From contig CM068763.1 of assembly GCA_035084275.1 (NCBI GenBank), forward strand, positions 7,874,001-7,938,000: a stretch of DNA of 64,000 nucleotides, in the 5' to 3' direction. Position numbers and translations under genes: made by a program. The notes under the pieces were generated by a model that had not been told where the DNA came from, ran no database searches, and was given only the letters and a program-made list of their open reading frames with translations. Shown in pieces: positions 38,389 through 49,851 of this stretch (the first letter of the stretch is position 1; each line of letters starts with the position of its first letter). The DNA comes from Hydrolagus colliei. Lineage: Eukaryota.

Positions 38389-39072
38389 TAAAAAAATACA
38401 ATTTTCGTAAGGTATTTTCCTACAGCACGCAGAGAGAGGCACAAAAACAAGTCAGATTATGACATTGCAAATAATCAACCACACAACCGCAGGAAACCAG
38501 CAATCAAACACACTGGAGTAGGGGATAATTTGTAACATTTGATAATTATTAGCAACAATAATGTCTGCCTTATGATATTCTACTTAACATTAATATTCTA
38601 CTCAGATGTTCACAGTTAAATGACCACAAGGTGGTGGTGCCCCTCCCATTGAGGTTTCGTTCTGAATGGAGAGAATTATTACTGTACTCGGGTAATTGGC
38701 AGTCAAGTTTACTTTGATGCTTTCAGTTTTATTTCTGGTTGAAAATCTTCTGAACCAGGTGAAGCCCATTCTGTTTCCAAGGCCTTGATTTCCATCCTTG
38801 TGGTCCTTGTGTCATGGTAAATCTAGGTCAGCCACCCAGCCACCACTACCACAACAACAACAACTCACGTGTCGCCATTCATTAGGAGGGACACAACGAC
38901 TCTGTCTGGCGTCTCTCTGCTGTTTGCTGCACAATAATCATCCTCGCTTTTCATATAAATATCAAAAATGTTGCACAAGCATTTCACAGGGAATTGCTGT
39001 CAAATGTAGTGGACTGTGTACTTCTAGGCACATACAACTGTCACTTGGCACACAGTAATTCCCCACGAACAT

Positions 39073-39105
<33 letters not shown>

Positions 39106-39659
39106 CAGTACATACATAGAGAGAACAGCCAATTTTATCTGGGGGAATGTTTGCCAGGATACTGGTCAAAACTATTCTTTTCGTGTAATGTGCCATGGGA
39201 TCATTTAACATCCACCTGAACAGGCAGAGGGGATCTCGGCTTAATACAGGGGTGACCAACCTCGTCAGGAGTGTCCCGCGAGGCCAACAGGAAGCTTCCC
39301 TACGGGTATAGGTAAGTCGTTTGTGTGTTTTCAGTTCTTTTCTTAATTGTAGATTTCTTGATTGATGCCAAAATTAATGAAAGATTCAATCAAGACATTT
39401 TTTTTTGGTGGGGGGGTAGTGGGGCTGGGGGAGGGATGGGGGAAAGGGGGGGAATAAGCAAAGGTTGACCACCACTGGTTTAGCATCTCATTCAACAATA
39501 CGACACTGTCCCCAGGTATCGCTCTGGAGCTTCATCCGAGACTGTGAACTCAAAGTCCCCCTTAAATTGGGGCTCCCGCCCACAATCTTTTGAACCAGCA
39601 GTAAGATTGCAAGCAGCTAGCTAGCTGGCCATACCGTGTTTTGATCGTATGAGTTTGTG

Positions 39660-41270
39660 GGTGACAACAAATTAACAACAACAAATTACACTTATAAAGC
39701 GCCTTTCACGTCGGGAGGACGTCCCAAGGCGCTGCACAGGAGGCGTGTGACCTGAGCTGGGAGGGGAGTGTACGGGAAGGGGTGAAACACGAAGGGGAGG
39801 TCGAAAAATTCGGGGTGGAACAAAAGGCACGGTCGAAGAGGAAAGTCTTCAAACCGGCCTTGAAAGAGGAAAGGGAAGAAACGAGACGGAGGGATTGGGG
39901 GATGGAATTCCATAGGGTCGGAGCGGAGAAACTGAAGGCCCGGCTTCCGATGGTGGGGCGGTTCGGGCGGGGGGCTTGGAGCAGGCCAAGTCCTGCTGAA
40001 TGGAGGGTCCGGGTGGGCTTGTAGGGGGAGAGTAAATTGGTTAAATAGGGCGGGGCAAGGCCATGTAAGGCCTTGAAGGTGAGGACGAGGATCTTGAACT
40101 CGATCCTCTGGAGGATAGGGAGCCAGTGGAGACGGGCGAGGGTGGGGGTTATGTGATCGCGAAGGCGGGTGCGGGATAATACACGGGCTGCAGAGTTTTG
40201 AATGACCTGCAGCCTGTGAATGGAGGAACTGGGGAGGCCGACGAGGAGAGAGTTTCCGTAGTCCAGCCTTGAGGTGATGTATGCGTGCACGAGTGTTTCG
40301 GCAGCGTGGGGGATAAGATAATTGCAGACCCTGGCAATGTTGCGCAGGTGGAAGTAAGCGGTGCCAGTCAAGGCACGGATGTGGGGGAGGAAGGAGAGTT
40401 TTTGGTCGAACGTGATGCCGAGGTTCCTGACTGGCTTTGTGAGGAGGAGAGTGCAGCCTTGGATGTTGAGGCTGGCAGCGCCCGATGTGCGGAAGCGCTG
40501 GCTTGAGCCGATCAGGAGGGCCTCGGTCTTACTCACGTTCAATTGGAGGAAGTTGTCCCTCGTCCAGGACTCAATGTCAGACAGACATGCTGTCAGAACA
40601 TCGATGGTCTGGGGGTTGAGGGATGAGGCAGAAAGGTACAGCTGGGTGTCGTCCGCATACATGTGGAAATTTACCCCGTGTTTGCGGATGACATCGCCCA
40701 GAGGGAGCGTATAAATGGTGAAAAGGAGGGGGCCGAGGACAGAGCCCTGAGGGACACCGTGAGAAACTGTGCGGGGGTTTGAGAAGAAACCGTTGGAAGA
40801 TACAAAGTGTAGGCGGTGGGTCAGGTAGGAATGGAACCAGTCAAGGACTGTGCCTTGAAGGTTGAGGTGGGAGGAAAGACGTTGGAGGAGGATGGTGTGA
40901 TCGACTGTGTCGAACGCAGCAGACAGGTCAAGGAGGACGAGGAGGCAGAGGGAGCCGTGGTCACAGGCAGTTAGGATGTCATTTGTAACCTTAACCAGGG
41001 CAGTTTCTGTGCTGTGAGCAGGGCGGAAACCTGATTGGAGGGGTTCAAGGAGTGAGTGAGTTGAAAGGAAAGAGCGGAGCTGGGAGGCAACCACTCTTTC
41101 AAGGACCTTGGATAAAAACGGGAGGTTGGAGATGGGTCGATAGCTTGATGGTTGCGACGCAACAAGGGAGGGTTTCTTCAGGATAGGGGTGATGGTGGCT
41201 GTTTTAAGGGAGGTAGGGACAGTGCCTGAGGAGAGGGAAAAGAAAGGTTAATGGTGTCAGAAATGAAGTG
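39660..41270 (-). mobile_element. Young L2-clade LINE, 5'-truncated, with intact RT frame (open from about 41245 to 39706)
   Basis: YRPISNLPFLSKVLE, LDLSAAFDTVDH, GVPQGSVLGP, YADDTQLY, HITPTLARLHWLP; 3' hairpin and (TTG)n tail; endonuclease domain absent. Confidence 0.95.
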
Positions 41271-41306
41271 ATTATAGGCCAGAGTACGCTGAGCGCTCGG
41301 CTTCCT

Positions 41307-41638
41307 TCACAATCCTATATTCCCGTCATCTAAATGCTTCTCAGGCACAGGCGGAGGCTCCTCCTCCTCCCCTCTCTGAGCCGCGGCCTGAGGTTCTATC
41401 TGAGCCCCTTTATTTTTCTGCTTCACCACTTTTGCATAAATCGCCATGTTTTCCTGTGGCTTGTTTACTTCCACTGATTCCCCGCTGCCCGGCCTCCCAT
41501 CAGCTGCAGCTGTAAAGCTTTGCGCTGAGCTGGCCTGGCCCGGGCTGGGACCAGGCTGCAGTTCCGGCTCCCACTTGTTCACGTTGACTTCGCTGACGAC
41601 TTCATATAGATCATCCTCAGCTTCCAGCGTCTTGTCCC
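41307..41638 (-). CDS. PAG1/LIME1-like transmembrane adaptor, coding exon 4 (GDKTLEAEDDLYEVV...IYAKV...EEEEPPPVPEKHLDDGNIGL*)
   Basis: Acceptor ttctgttcacacag|GG, phase 1; extends ORF 41307-41582; YEVV and YAKV tyrosine motifs and an acidic PPPVP motif similar to PAG1. Confidence 0.8.
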
Positions 41639-41650
41639 CTGTGTGAACAG

Positions 41651-42050
41651 AAACAACAACAACAACAAAATTACATTTATAGAGCGCCTTTCATGTCGGG
41701 AGGTATGTGCCAAAGTGCTGAACGGTCAAGTTGGGACCCGAGCAAGAGGGAGGGGCAGGATAGGGGGGGAGGGGAGGGAGAGATGGAGGGAATTAGGAAG
41801 AAGTTGGGAGGGCACAATCGAAGAGGAGAGTCTTGAGACTGGCCTTGAAGGAGGCAAGGGAGGGAGTGAAGCAAAGCGACTGTGGGATGGAGTTCCAGAG
41901 TGTGGGGCCAAAAACGCTGGAAGACCGTCCACCGATGGTAGTGTGGGTCAGGCGGGGGATATGGAGCAGACCAGAGCCCGCTGAATGGAGGGGGCGGGCA
42001 GTTTCATGGGGACAGCAGGTCAGAGAGGTAGGAGGGGGCAAGGCCATAAA
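41651..42050 (-). mobile_element. L2 3' fragment filling most of intron 3 of the adaptor gene
   Basis: GLAPSYL..PTLWNSIPQSL-type sequence, hairpin, and a (TTG)n tail ending about 12 nt before the acceptor. Confidence 0.88.
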
Positions 42051-42087
42051 AACAAGGGACATTAAAATATCATCCCATGTACATTAC

Positions 42088-42151
42088 CGTGTAAACGTGG
42101 AAGCTCTCCATTGGGACTTGTGTCTGTGATCGGAGTGGGAAGGCTCTTCTT
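42088..42151 (-). CDS. PAG1/LIME1-like adaptor, coding exon 3 (KKSLPTPITDTSPNGELPRLH)
   Basis: Acceptor ttcttcattccttcatttag|AAG, donor ACG|gtaatg; 64 nt, phase 0 in and phase 1 out, matching both neighbours. Confidence 0.7.
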
Positions 42152-42603
42152 CTAAATGAAGGAATGAAGAATATGTCAGTTTCTCTGTGTTTTAACTGCT
42201 AGTAATCAGTTCACGAGTCACAGGATTAATGGTCTGGTTACAGGCTATGCATCTCCCTGCAACAAACTCAGGTAAAATCCTTACTTGTTTCTGAATATTT
42301 TGTTAACCATTAAGTGAGAGGTATTGGGTCGCTGGGTTAAACCTGCATCAAGTTTGTTTAGCTCATTGGATTTGAGTTACTGGGGTCCCGAAGATTGGTT
42401 TTTTCCAATCTGCGCCAAATACTCTGGAATAAGATAGGAAAGGTCCCTCTAGGGGAAGACTGCGTGCTGAGACAAATTTAAACCAGATATTCCTCTCTGT
42501 GGAACTCTCAGTAATTTGTTTTGGAGACTCTTATGCACGGTGCTAGACCAAAAAAAAATCAAATAACTGAACGATTTAATTTAGCCAACAGTGAGTCACT
42601 CAC

Positions 42604-42652
42604 CACAGACACAAGCTCAGGTCTCCCTCTTCTTCCTTGTTTTCCTATAAGT
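42604..42652 (-). CDS. PAG1/LIME1-like adaptor, coding exon 2 (R-LIGKQGRRGRPELVSV)
   Basis: Acceptor ctctgctcatcag|A, donor GTG|gtgagt; 49 nt, phase 2 in and phase 0 out; basic juxtamembrane stretch. Confidence 0.7.
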
Positions 42653-42679
42653 CTGATGAGCAGAGACAGTACTCGTCAA

Positions 42680-43310
42680 TGTTAGCAATTACATCCTCTC
42701 TGAGATCAGTGCTCCCTCTGCCTCCTTTTATACCTGGACCTGCCTGTTGCATTCAACACACTTGACCATCCTCCTCCACCGCCTCTCCTCATTTATCCAC
42801 CTCAGTAGGACCAAACTTACCTGGTTTGAGTCCTACCTAACTAACCATCTAACTAACTTTGTTCCCAAAAACATTCTTTCCTCCCACCCTGCCTGGTCAC
42901 CTGTGGTTCCGGCTCCACTGGCTTTCCATATAAAATGGATCAACTTCAAGATCCTCACACTCATCTACAAACCCCTTCAAAGGCACGGCACCTCTCTAAC
43001 CTAATTACTCCCCACTCCACCGCCTGCTGCCTCTTCTCGGCTGGCTTCGGCCTCCTGCTTGTCCTCTCCCCTCCACCATCAGCGGCCACACTTTCAGCCA
43101 CTACAACCTGAAGCTTTGAAGTCTTCCCTCAATCCCACCACCTTGCCTGCTCCTTCCCCTTTTTCAGATCATGCCTGAAATCTTTCCTCTTCGACCGCTC
43201 TTACAGTTACCTCTTCCCTCCCTCCTGGCTCAGTGTCAGGCTCCGCCACTGTTAAGCCTATTGTGAAGCACTCCAAGAGGCCGCCCTGTGTAAACGCAAG
43301 TTGTTGTAAC
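42680..43310 (+). mobile_element. Degraded L2 fragment
   Basis: TILLHRLSS..LTWFESYL, INFKILTLIYK and an L2 tail. Confidence 0.75.
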
Positions 43311-43535
43311 AAAGTATTAAGTCAATAAGGTAGTTAGAGGGCTGGCGTTTCAGCCGAGGCAAAGTTACGGTGAAACCAGTTCCAAAAAAGTCTGAACAAG
43401 GTGGGAAAATTCCAATTATGGATCTAATTTGCTAAATGTACTCAGTTTAATGAGCAACTTATTGACAGCTAAACCTCCCTCCAGACCAGGATTAGACACC
43501 AGGGCTTTGCACTGAAATCCCAGGATTTACATTAC

Positions 43536-43663
43536 CTCTTGCAGAAAGAGCAGCCAACTGTGAGCAGAATGAGAAGCAGCAAGATGGAGATGGCGAGCCA
43601 GAGCTGAGGGAGGTGTAACACATCAGGTATGTTCTCCACCCAACTCTCAGCAACAGGAGCCAT
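43536..43663 (-). CDS. PAG1/LIME1-like adaptor, coding exon 1 (MAPVAESWVENIPDVLHLPQLWLAISILLLLILLTVGCSFCK)
   Basis: Acceptor ttgttttccag|G (exon starts at 43699), ATG at 43663, short ectodomain, one hydrophobic helix, CxxC (CSFC) followed by KR; donor AG|gtaatg, phase 2. Confidence 0.82.
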
Positions 43664-43741
43664 GAGGCCAGGCTTGGGAGTGACCAAACAGGTGGAAACC
43701 TGGAAAACAAGATATAGAGTTGGTCTGACGAATAAATCTTT

Positions 43742-44100
43742 TGTGGAGTCCTGTAGGTAGCTCAGTGGTTAGTTAAGAAGCCCTCGGAAAAAAACACTAA
43801 TAAATTGATAATTTCAAAGAACGGCTTTGTAGAACACTGCTATGTGCAATTGGCTACCACATTTCACCCACATATTTACGGTCAATTCACTTTACAGCAT
43901 ATCCAGGGAAGCGCTTTGACACGTCTAGAAGACATGAAAAGCGCTGTATAAAATGCAAGGATTATTATTCTTATTGCTAGCTTAATAATAATAATCCTTG
44001 CATTTGATTACAGCACCTTATCGCGTCTTTGCAATGTCTCAAAGCGCTTCACGGAATATACCTAAAGTGAATGGACACAAAACGTACATTTTGTGAGCGA
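43742..44100. mobile_element. Two SINE copies tail-to-tail (+ 43742-43968; - 43983-44100)
   Basis: Family head, body and tail on +, then a reverse-complement tail. Confidence 0.8.
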
Positions 44101-45103
44101 ATCTTGCGTTTTTGATGGTAAATATCTCAAAGCTCTTCAAAGGTACTGCTGTTAGTGAAGTGTTTACATGTGAGCAAATGCAGCAGCCAAGTTTGCACCT
44201 AGCAACACACAACCTTCAAGCGAGCGACCAATTTATCTGGAGGCTTTGGGAGTCTCCTCTTTTGGGGGAAACTTCCTTGTCTTACCAAGAGAGCTGTAGA
44301 CCTTTTAAACATCCACCTGTCGATTCCTCGGACCACACAGCTCTCCTCAAGCCTTTAGCTGCAGGGTCAGTCAGCCTCCACTGTGAAACGTTTGCGGAGC
44401 GGGATTAGTTCAGCTCTTGGTGCTGTACTTTTGGAGTCTCCCACTGTAATATGTGATTTATAAAGGTGATATGAGATGACTGGACTCACCTCTGTTAACT
44501 TACTCACTGTGCACCGGAGGGAGGGGGGTGGAGGTTACACCCTGTTCGGCAGGTCAGAGTGCAAACACAGTCCAGTAGTTGTGAAGGGTGAGAGAGGTCA
44601 CTCATACCATGGGATGGAGAGAGCAGGGGAAGTGGGATGAGAATAAAGAGTTCCAACAGCGTGCAGCAATTGAGCACCCAGTAACTTTGTGATTTACCGA
44701 AATTTAGTGAGGAAATAACCTTTGTACTGTACTTTGTTACTGACTCCACCCGACGGGAAATTCCTTCAGAGCAGGTGCGGGGGAAGGGAACCCTGCAGAA
44801 GTCGCAGAACAAACAGGACAAATCACAGGCAGACAAATGTAACCTGTGATAATGACAGAGTAAAGGTCTTTCGTGTTTCTGACAAGAGAGAGTGAAAGTT
44901 GCCAGCCCGTGCCTGCCAACTAGCCGCTGTAACTCACAGATAGAGCTGAGAACACTATCTTGCACAGAGATATAATCACAATCATAATCATGGTTAATCA
45001 ATTTCCAAGAAAGGGGGTCAATGATCAGAGCCACTCACAGAGACCCCACTAACCCGGCTGCCCGCCCGGTTGCTGGCGCTATTTTTAACAGCTGTGTACT
45101 CAC

Positions 45104-45200
45104 CTCTGCTGTCTCTCTGCAATGCCAACACACACTGCAGAGCTCACGAAGAATGAGCCAGGTTTGGGGGAGTAGTTTAAGGAAGTGTCGGTGACTGCAC
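45104..45200 (-). other. Candidate non-coding first exon of the adaptor gene (donor GAG|gtgagt at 45103; another at 44489)
   Basis: Consensus donors in unique sequence upstream of the 43699 acceptor; 5' end unknown. Confidence 0.35.
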
Positions 45201-48200
45201 CTTAAGTCAACAATGACTGGAGAAGTTAGCTTGTCAGCAATGTGTCTCTACTTCCTCTGTTCTTTCAGCACTGAGCTACCTGGCTCACAGACCTGACGAG
45301 TATTCAGTGTCAAGCTTTGATGTTGCACAAAGTTTTGAAATGTTAACAGTTTCCTTCCAACAACGACAAAGTTACATTTGTATAGCTCCTTTCACGCCGA
45401 GAGGACGTCCCAAAGACACTGGACTGTCAGTATTTCATACCCGAGGGTTTTGAGATGGGATTTAACGAGGCTAGGGAAGCAGCCAAGTGGAGAGATAGCG
45501 GGGTTGAGGGCTTGAGGGCGGAGTGGCAGAATGTTCGCCCGCTGATAGTGGGGATGTGGGATGGGGGACGTGGAGCAGGCCAGAGCCCACTGAGTGGAGG
45601 GAGCAGGCGTGTTAGTAGAGCGTTAGGAGGTCCCAAAGGTAGAGTGGGGCGACGCTGTGGAGGGCTTTAAAGGCGAAGACCAGGTTCTTGAATTCAATCT
45701 TCTGGATTACCTGCCAGGTGTGCGACCAGATTATCTTCCAGATGTTTTTCTTATGTTCCTGTCACGGCAGACATGCCCGGTGTGTTTGAACAGCCAGAAC
45801 TTGATAATTAGTTCAAGGGTCAAATTATTTGGCAAGCTCAAGATTGTTTGTGAAGGGAACAAATTTCATCAGCTAAATATTTTATTGTTCCTCAATTGTA
45901 CATTGGTGGCTCATTAAAGTGAAGGACTGCAGGGATTGGTTTCTGTAGTCAGCGAGTATCTGCCATATGCGGAAACCAATCACCGAGTTTAAAGTGTATG
46001 CAAACCAAACTGATAGAGTTCCACACATTCCACCCACATATGGAAATTCATGAGATATTTATTGGATTGCAATGTGCACTTCTCTCCCCGGTGGGACATA
46101 CCCTGATTCCAGAGACTATTAGATGCAGTTTCATAAGAGTCAAGGTTAGCGGACACCAGTGTTTGTATAACAGCACAGCAGGAGTCTAACCAGCTAAAGT
46201 CTAACCAACACCCCCACCCTCCACCTCTCCGAGTTGCTGTCCCCCTATGAATCTCCCTGCCCCCTCCTTTCAGTGGGCTCCGGTCTGCTCTATGTTCCCC
46301 GCCCGACCCGCCCTACCATCAACATTCAGGCTTTCGGCCTCTGTGCCCCCACACTCTGGAACGCCATCCTACAGTCCCTTCTCCTCACTCCCTCCCTTGC
46401 TTCCTTCAAGGCCGGTCTCAAGAAGTGTGAAAGGCGCACTTTAAGTTTAATTTTGTTGTTTGTTGCTGTAAAACCACGTAGCTTACCATTGAAGGCACTT
46501 GGATCACCCCCCTTAGGTTAGGGTCTGTTTTATATCATTAACAGGAACTGAGTAAGAAGAGTAAGAAGAGTAAGAAGAGTCTCTGTCTGCCAGGCCTACC
46601 AATGATCCAGCCTGGGATGAGCTGTCATCAGCAGTGCCCTGGAGTAGTGGCTCAGGAATTGGATAGCCAAGACTGCCAGGGAGGATGGGCTCGATTCTAA
46701 CATTCTATTGTCGAACATGGAGCCAGTTCAGCTTCAAGGTGCCTCCCCCGCACCGAGTATAATCACTAGTTGGTCATTTGGCACCTGACAAGCGCTGGTT
46801 TGATCCTTGACTAGATGGATGGTAGGTACCAGGAACTCCCTGTGAGCTTCATTGGGAGCAACACAGCTCAGCGTGAAATGGGTGAGGGCACTGCCACCAT
46901 CTACCTGCCAGCAGCTCTGCCACATGTCCCTTCCCATTCAGCGATGGTTCTGCCAGTTGGACATGCATTATTGAGAAGTACCTGTTTCCCTCTCTGTAAG
47001 CCATTCCAGGTGCTGGACATATGAACACATGTTCATCAACTCAGACTCCAGGTAAATAGCATCCTTCCAGCGCCTTGGGTCATCCTCCTGACGTGAAAGG
47101 CACAAGTGTAATTTTGTTGTTGTTCTAGCCTCAGCATTTCCTTATCAGTTATCTGACGTCAACTGCCTTCAGCATGTGAGAACATTTACTGGATAACTTG
47201 TGAAGTCCAAATCCAAAGGTGTGCACCAGGCTTACTCAGCTCCAGCTACTTAATTTCAAGTCCCTATGCGAAGGGCTTTGGCAAATACTACGCCTACCAT
47301 GGGGCCAATTCTGCCAGGGTGTTCCAGGGTGCTCAGCAATAGGTAATTGAAGGCCGGAACCCTGCACAATGTCATGTTATTGTCACTGAGAATCATCTTC
47401 CAGCTCTACCAGGTCCGATACTGTGGGACTTAGATACACACTAAAGTCTATTGTAAATTAAAGTCGATTGGCGGATCGCTTTTATGGGGGTAATAATTCC
47501 TTAGACTCCAAGTAAATTTAAAAAGTGGTCAGTCAATCCATGATTGTTTGTGGGGATACCTCTGTGCGCAACTGGCTGCCGCGTTTTGTCCCCAAAACAC
47601 AGTCAATTCACTTTACAGTATATTGTGTGAGCTGTTTTAATACGTCCCAAATACATGATAAGATGATATATCAAATGCAAGGATTATTATTATTACTACA
47701 TTGCACTGCACTCTTAAGGCAAGTTCATGGAACTGGATTGATAACAAAATTGGCATTATTGTAAAAAGCAAAGAAATTTGGAGAAGAAAGGGAAAATAAT
47801 TTTTCAGGTTTGACCATTTTTCAGAACTGAAATAACACAATTTTGATTCATGCTGAAACTCACATATTGAGGATTAATTGGACTGGGACTTAGAAGTGAA
47901 AAAGTAATTGCTGTATGTATGTGTTATGAGATTGTGAAAGGCCTGGGCCTCTAGGGTACAGTATAGACACTGTTATAGATCATTGCGCAAGTATTTACCA
48001 GGAAATGTTGTCTTCTGGCTGGTCAATGAGTCTTTGTGTAAAATGTTTTTTCACACGTGGGAATTGAGTCGGAGATGGTTGGGTTGAAGCTGGCACTGGG
48101 TTGAGCAGGAGGCGAGTCGGGTCATTAGACTGTTCGGGTGCTGCGGTTGGGATTGCTGGAGAGGCAGTGCTCCCAGGTTGGTCTTCATTAAAGTTCTAGG

Positions 48201-49851
48201 ATATTAAGCCTACCTCTTGAAAGAAGTTCCGGAGGATAGGGGCAGAGGATCTAAAGGCTGATGCCGCACTTAGGCTGGGGGACATGTCACAAGCTTGAAT
48301 CTGTCAAGTGTAAGAGGTGAGCGAAGGAGTGGGGCAGGAACTATATGGTCAAATGCTCTCTGTACACAACACGAGTGCTTAGCCCTAGCACATAACCATG
48401 CACCTGATCCCACCAAGACAGAACAACAGGACATAGATTCAGAGTTGTGATGGGCAATTTCAGGGCAGATACTGGGAAGTATTAATAGTAGAAGCAGGTA
48501 AACAATCACGGTGACTGAAGCCAGAGCATTGGACTAGCTTAAAAGAACACGGAAGGAGTGAAATCAAGTAGGTTGAAGGATCTTCATTCGAACTGATCTT
48601 GTGTGTCTGAAGTCCCAGGTTAGGTCTGGGCTGACTCACAGGTGAGCCTGTGGAAAGCAACAAATCAAAGCTCTCTCTCCACTTCTCCCCAAGTTGCAAA
48701 TGTTATTAATAGGTAGAGTTTTATTCTGAATTAATTTATATTGCAAATAACAAGCAACATTGAGTGAAGTTTCAATTTCAGCAGATATTTATCCTGGTTT
48801 CTTTCCGGATCAGTCAAAACAAAAGTATGCACACCCAGAGTTCAAGCCAAGAAAAACAGTGATAGGAACCCATCACATGGCCCTCAAATAGCTTGAGATG
48901 ATCGACTGCTTTTTTCTAGCCTCGCTACTGGGACAGACCATGGCCTCTAGGCCATCTAGGCATGACAGGGTGACCAGTTATCTTAGGGAGTCAGGATCTC
49001 TCTCTGAGGGCAGGTCAAAGCTTGCTTCACTCATCCTTCTCCCGTTTGCAAGACACAATCCGGGATGTCCGTGTCTGCGGCATCCAACATCGGGTCAAGT
49101 CAGTGAAACGTGACACGATTTTAGTAAAAACTGAAGGGAATTTTTTAATGGATTACATTGAAATTTGGTGAAAGCCACTTTGTACAGGAATCATTAGAAG
49201 CACATTGTTTTGGGAGAGCCTCAGCTGAGCACAATTAAGACAGGGACATGCAGCATAGACAATTAATACAGTAAGAGAAACAGTGAAAGCATTTATAAAC
49301 AACAGAATGCCAAGAGTTTGCAACAAACTCCAAGCTCCTCCATCATTAGGCCACTAGTTAATGCTATTGATTTCATGTAGCGTGCCACCTTGTGGTACTC
49401 GGGGGTAACTCAGGGGCTCCAAAAGACATGATCTGACGAAATGAGTAGAAAATATATTTTTAAAAATTAAGTTTTAGCTTTTGCCACCAAACAGCAGGAA
49501 GCAATGGTATCATCATGGTCTCAAGTGGAGTGGACAATTGGCAGTGACCCGATCACTAGACAGAGGCTGTGACTTCGAATCTGATCCACAACTGTTGGGA
49601 GGCAGATACTCTGGTGCACAGAACACGAGTGCTTAGCCCTAGCGCATAACCAGTATCTGTCCGTCCCAAGGCACAATGTGGGCATGGAATGTATTGTTTA
49701 AAGAGACACTCTTGTCTCTGCAGTTATTTGTAAGTTGGTCCCAATGGAATGTCTTCTGCCCCCCTCAGTGCTGATATTTGTCAGCATTCAGTGCTGGGAC
49801 CCACAGCACCAATCTTTAAGATTACGCAAGGCAAATTAGTGTCAATAAAGC

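Noticed and set aside
42285-42342. Possible extra adaptor exon (cag|GTTTAACC...AACAA|gtaagg)
   Set aside because: In phase 0 it has an immediate stop (GTT TAA), and its 58-nt length breaks the downstream frame; at most a poison exon
43492-43710. Listed 72-aa ORF MFSRFPPVW...
   Set aside because: Wrong frame; the overlapping frame from ATG 43663 gives the TM/CxxC exon with a proper donor
44504-45034. 176-aa Cys/Leu-rich ORF
   Set aside because: No recognisable domain and a non-ATG start; lies in the probable 5' regulatory or intronic region of the adaptor gene
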